Positions 25,554 to 27,766 of a stretch of DNA of 27,766 nucleotides are shown in pieces (the first letter of the stretch is position 1; the number at the start of each line of letters is the position of its first letter). The notes beneath the pieces are model-generated. The model saw only the letters and a program-made list of their open reading frames with translations. It had not been told where the DNA came from and ran no database searches. Both the position numbers and the translations under genes were made by a program. The DNA lies in IMG/VR virus record IMGVR_UViG_3300013383_000021, positions 1 to 27,766 of that record; one strand, given 5' to 3'. The DNA is from a virus (taxonomy: Duplodnaviria; Heunggongvirae; Uroviricota; Caudoviricetes).

Positions 25554-27113
25554 CTGTTCGCACCTAAGTTATACACAACATATAAGATAGCTTTCAAGCT
25601 ATTAAAAGAGAACAATTTTTCTTTACGGGTAGACCTGCGCCCTTACGAGATAAAGCAGGCGGACAATTTATTATTCTATCAGATACGGCGTATCACAGGC
25701 GAAGAGGCGACCTGTGCGCGGCGTATTTGTTTTGTCGATTGCAAGGGTAGCTCCTCTGATACGGACGCTATGACAGAGTTAATCATGGATGGGTTCTGGC
25801 TGAACGGCACTCACTTCGTGTTGTGTGAACGATCGGCGAGCATGACCCGCAACTCTATCTTGAGCTTCGTTGACTCAGCCATAGCGGAGCCGGTGTACGA
25901 AGCAATCACCATGGGTGCTGCCCCCGGCCCGACCGTCATAAGCAAACTGATGGCTTATAGAGGTTTGTGTCTTTCTTCTTGCCATTGCTTAAATGGCTTC
26001 CGCCCTAAAGTGATTATTGTACCGGATTATGAGTGTGTACTTCCCCAACAGCATATTAAGTACATATACGACGAAGAGACATCCTTCACCAACGCTGACG
26101 GCAAAGAGATCCCCTGGACACAAAAGAATGTGGCGGACGGATATAGAGATATCAACGTTACTCCCTTTGACGGCTGCGGCATACATCACCCGGCTATTAC
26201 GGACGAGGTTCAGTTCCGGCTGTCATCTGCTGATAGTCCGACGACGATACTTTGGCGAGCACCATACATCAAAGGTCTCACCTGCGAGGTTGACTACCCT
26301 ACCTTCTACGCCGAGCGGGGTATCACCTCTATCAAAGACATCTGGGGCGTATCACATGATGTAACCCCAGACGCCGAGCCGATGATTATTCTAAGCAAGA
26401 GTATGTATAAGGGCTTCAAGTATTTTCAGATAAACAAAGATGCGACAGACTGGGCGTATTACTGGGAGCAGTTTGAGAAGTACGGTTGTTGCCTGGGCGT
26501 CGCTAAATGGAACTTCAACAAAGACATCGAGCCGGTTTACACGAGGTGCAACTACCAGGTTCTTCAGACACTCAACCTCCCCTATCAAGAATTCGTTGAG
26601 CTTGCTACGGACTCTATTGAGTGGGCACAAAAGATTATTGACGGCGACCCTTTTTACTCTATGTGCTTCCTAGGTCTAACGGCAGACAAGTGCAACCCCT
26701 TAAACGATTATGCGAAGTCCGTAATGAAGAATCCCGCCATGCTCAAACAATACGAGGTGCGGAGTTATTTAATTAGCCTACTAACTAAATACATAGACGA
26801 GATGTGCTGCGGCAAGATATGGATCAAGAGCTGCTTCAAATTTCTAATACCCGACCTGATTGCATTTATGGAAGCAGCGGCTGGGCTAGATCCTGTTGGT
26901 TGTCTCGGCGACAATGAGTTCTACTGTATAACAAAAGAAGGCCCAACGCGCGGCGACAAGTTGATTACGCGCAACCCTCACATTTGTGACAGTGAGAACG
27001 TCGTGCTGTGTGCGGTCGATAATGAATTAACAAGCAAGTACCTTAGTCATCTGGTTAACACATGTATCATCAATTCTAAATCAATAATCCCACAAAGATT
27101 AAACGGAGCAGAT
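25554..27113 (+). CDS. YonO-like (RdRP-related double-psi-barrel) phage RNA polymerase, exon 1
   Basis: Frame open from CTG 25554 (7 nt after GAGGTG). Motifs PFDGCG, R.PYIKG, CNYQVLQ, TRNPHI; ends ...RLNGAD at 27113. Confidence 0.85.
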
Positions 27114-27392
27114 TACTCCTAAACAAAGTCCTTCCCTACGGTAACGTAGGTGTAAGCCCGGTGTGAACCGTTTATCAGCGGGTGTTGAACAAACGTCAGG
27201 AGCAGTAGGAAATGACTGCTAGTTGTTCAGCTAACAGGGGAAGCCGGAAGGTAATCCTGTGCAAGCCTTTAAGGAATGTGCAACGACTATGGGTGATGAA
27301 TGTAGCCCAGTAGGAGTTCTATTGATACGGACTTCCAAGCGCACCGCTGCCGCTACGCGGTAGATGATATAGTCTTTCTACGAGAGTAGAAG
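27114..27392 (+). mobile_element. Group I intron (279 nt, no ORF) in the polymerase catalytic motif
   Basis: Exon ends in U. P7 GACTAT (27285-90) / ATAGTC (27369-74). P9 TTCTAC-GAGA-GTAGAA is followed by terminal G27392. Splicing restores GAD-FDGD. Confidence 0.9.
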
Positions 27393-27676
27393 TTTGACGG
27401 AGATTTAGTTTTAGTATTTGATGACGACAGGCTGCTAAATGGCGTAGACAAAAACGCTATACCTGTCATAGACGTAGATGATAAGATCACAACAGAGCCG
27501 GAGGAATTTACACCAGAGAATAGATTGAAAGTAATCTTACGGACAATGAAGAATTTGATTGGCGAGTACAGTAACTACGCAACAGCGTATAGAAACAGAT
27601 GTGGTAAGACGGAAGAACAACGAGACAAGTATGAGAAGTACATTGACATTATAAGTGTCTTGACAGGTAAATCCAT
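27393..27676 (+). CDS. RNA polymerase exon 2
   Basis: FDGDLVLV...IGEYSNYAT...VLTGKSI; in frame after splicing. Confidence 0.85.
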
Positions 27677-27766
27677 CAACAATCGGTGGCCTACGCTGTT
27701 GCCAGCGTAGTGCAAAGTCAGTGAACCTACACATGTAGGGTGTCGGTCAATAACCGGCTAACGGAG
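27677..27766 (+). mobile_element. Second group I intron, 5' part, truncated by the window edge
   Basis: P1 CCAU/GUGG with U-G at the splice site; shares GTGAACC...GGGTGT...GCTAAC with intron 1; in-frame stop at 27708-27710. Confidence 0.7.

Overview
This looks like part of a large, SPbeta-like temperate phage of a Firmicute host; the host assignment is inferred from SD sites, sigmaA promoters and gene families. The leftward block (1-7257) is a co-directional cluster: ParB-like protein, ubiquitin-like protein, E2-like protein, JAB/MPN peptidase, three small proteins with a shared C-terminal tail, a ThiF/E1 enzyme, and a retron-type reverse transcriptase that runs off the left edge and is missing from the ORF track. 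Three non-coding elements with the same retron msr-msd architecture (802-1124, 2893-3092, 6020-6361) are interleaved in this cluster. This single-RT, three-ncRNA arrangement inside a phage ubiquitin-like conjugation cluster is the best candidate for an undescribed system. Next come a cluster of 10 tRNAs with extra structured RNAs (a stem-closed RNA with 7-nt periodic repeats, two D-armless tRNA-like elements), then ArdA, KTSC, a HipA-like kinase, an MrpR/YopR-like protein and a roughly 740-nt candidate ncRNA. The rightward block has a tyrosine recombinase, a 1.5-kb repeat-rich gap containing a perfect 18-bp inverted repeat pair, a RepL/HTH-like gene and a BRO-N protein. It ends in a YonO-like RNA polymerase interrupted by group I introns, one of which splits the DFDGD motif. 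No database searches were run; family calls rest on recognised motifs.
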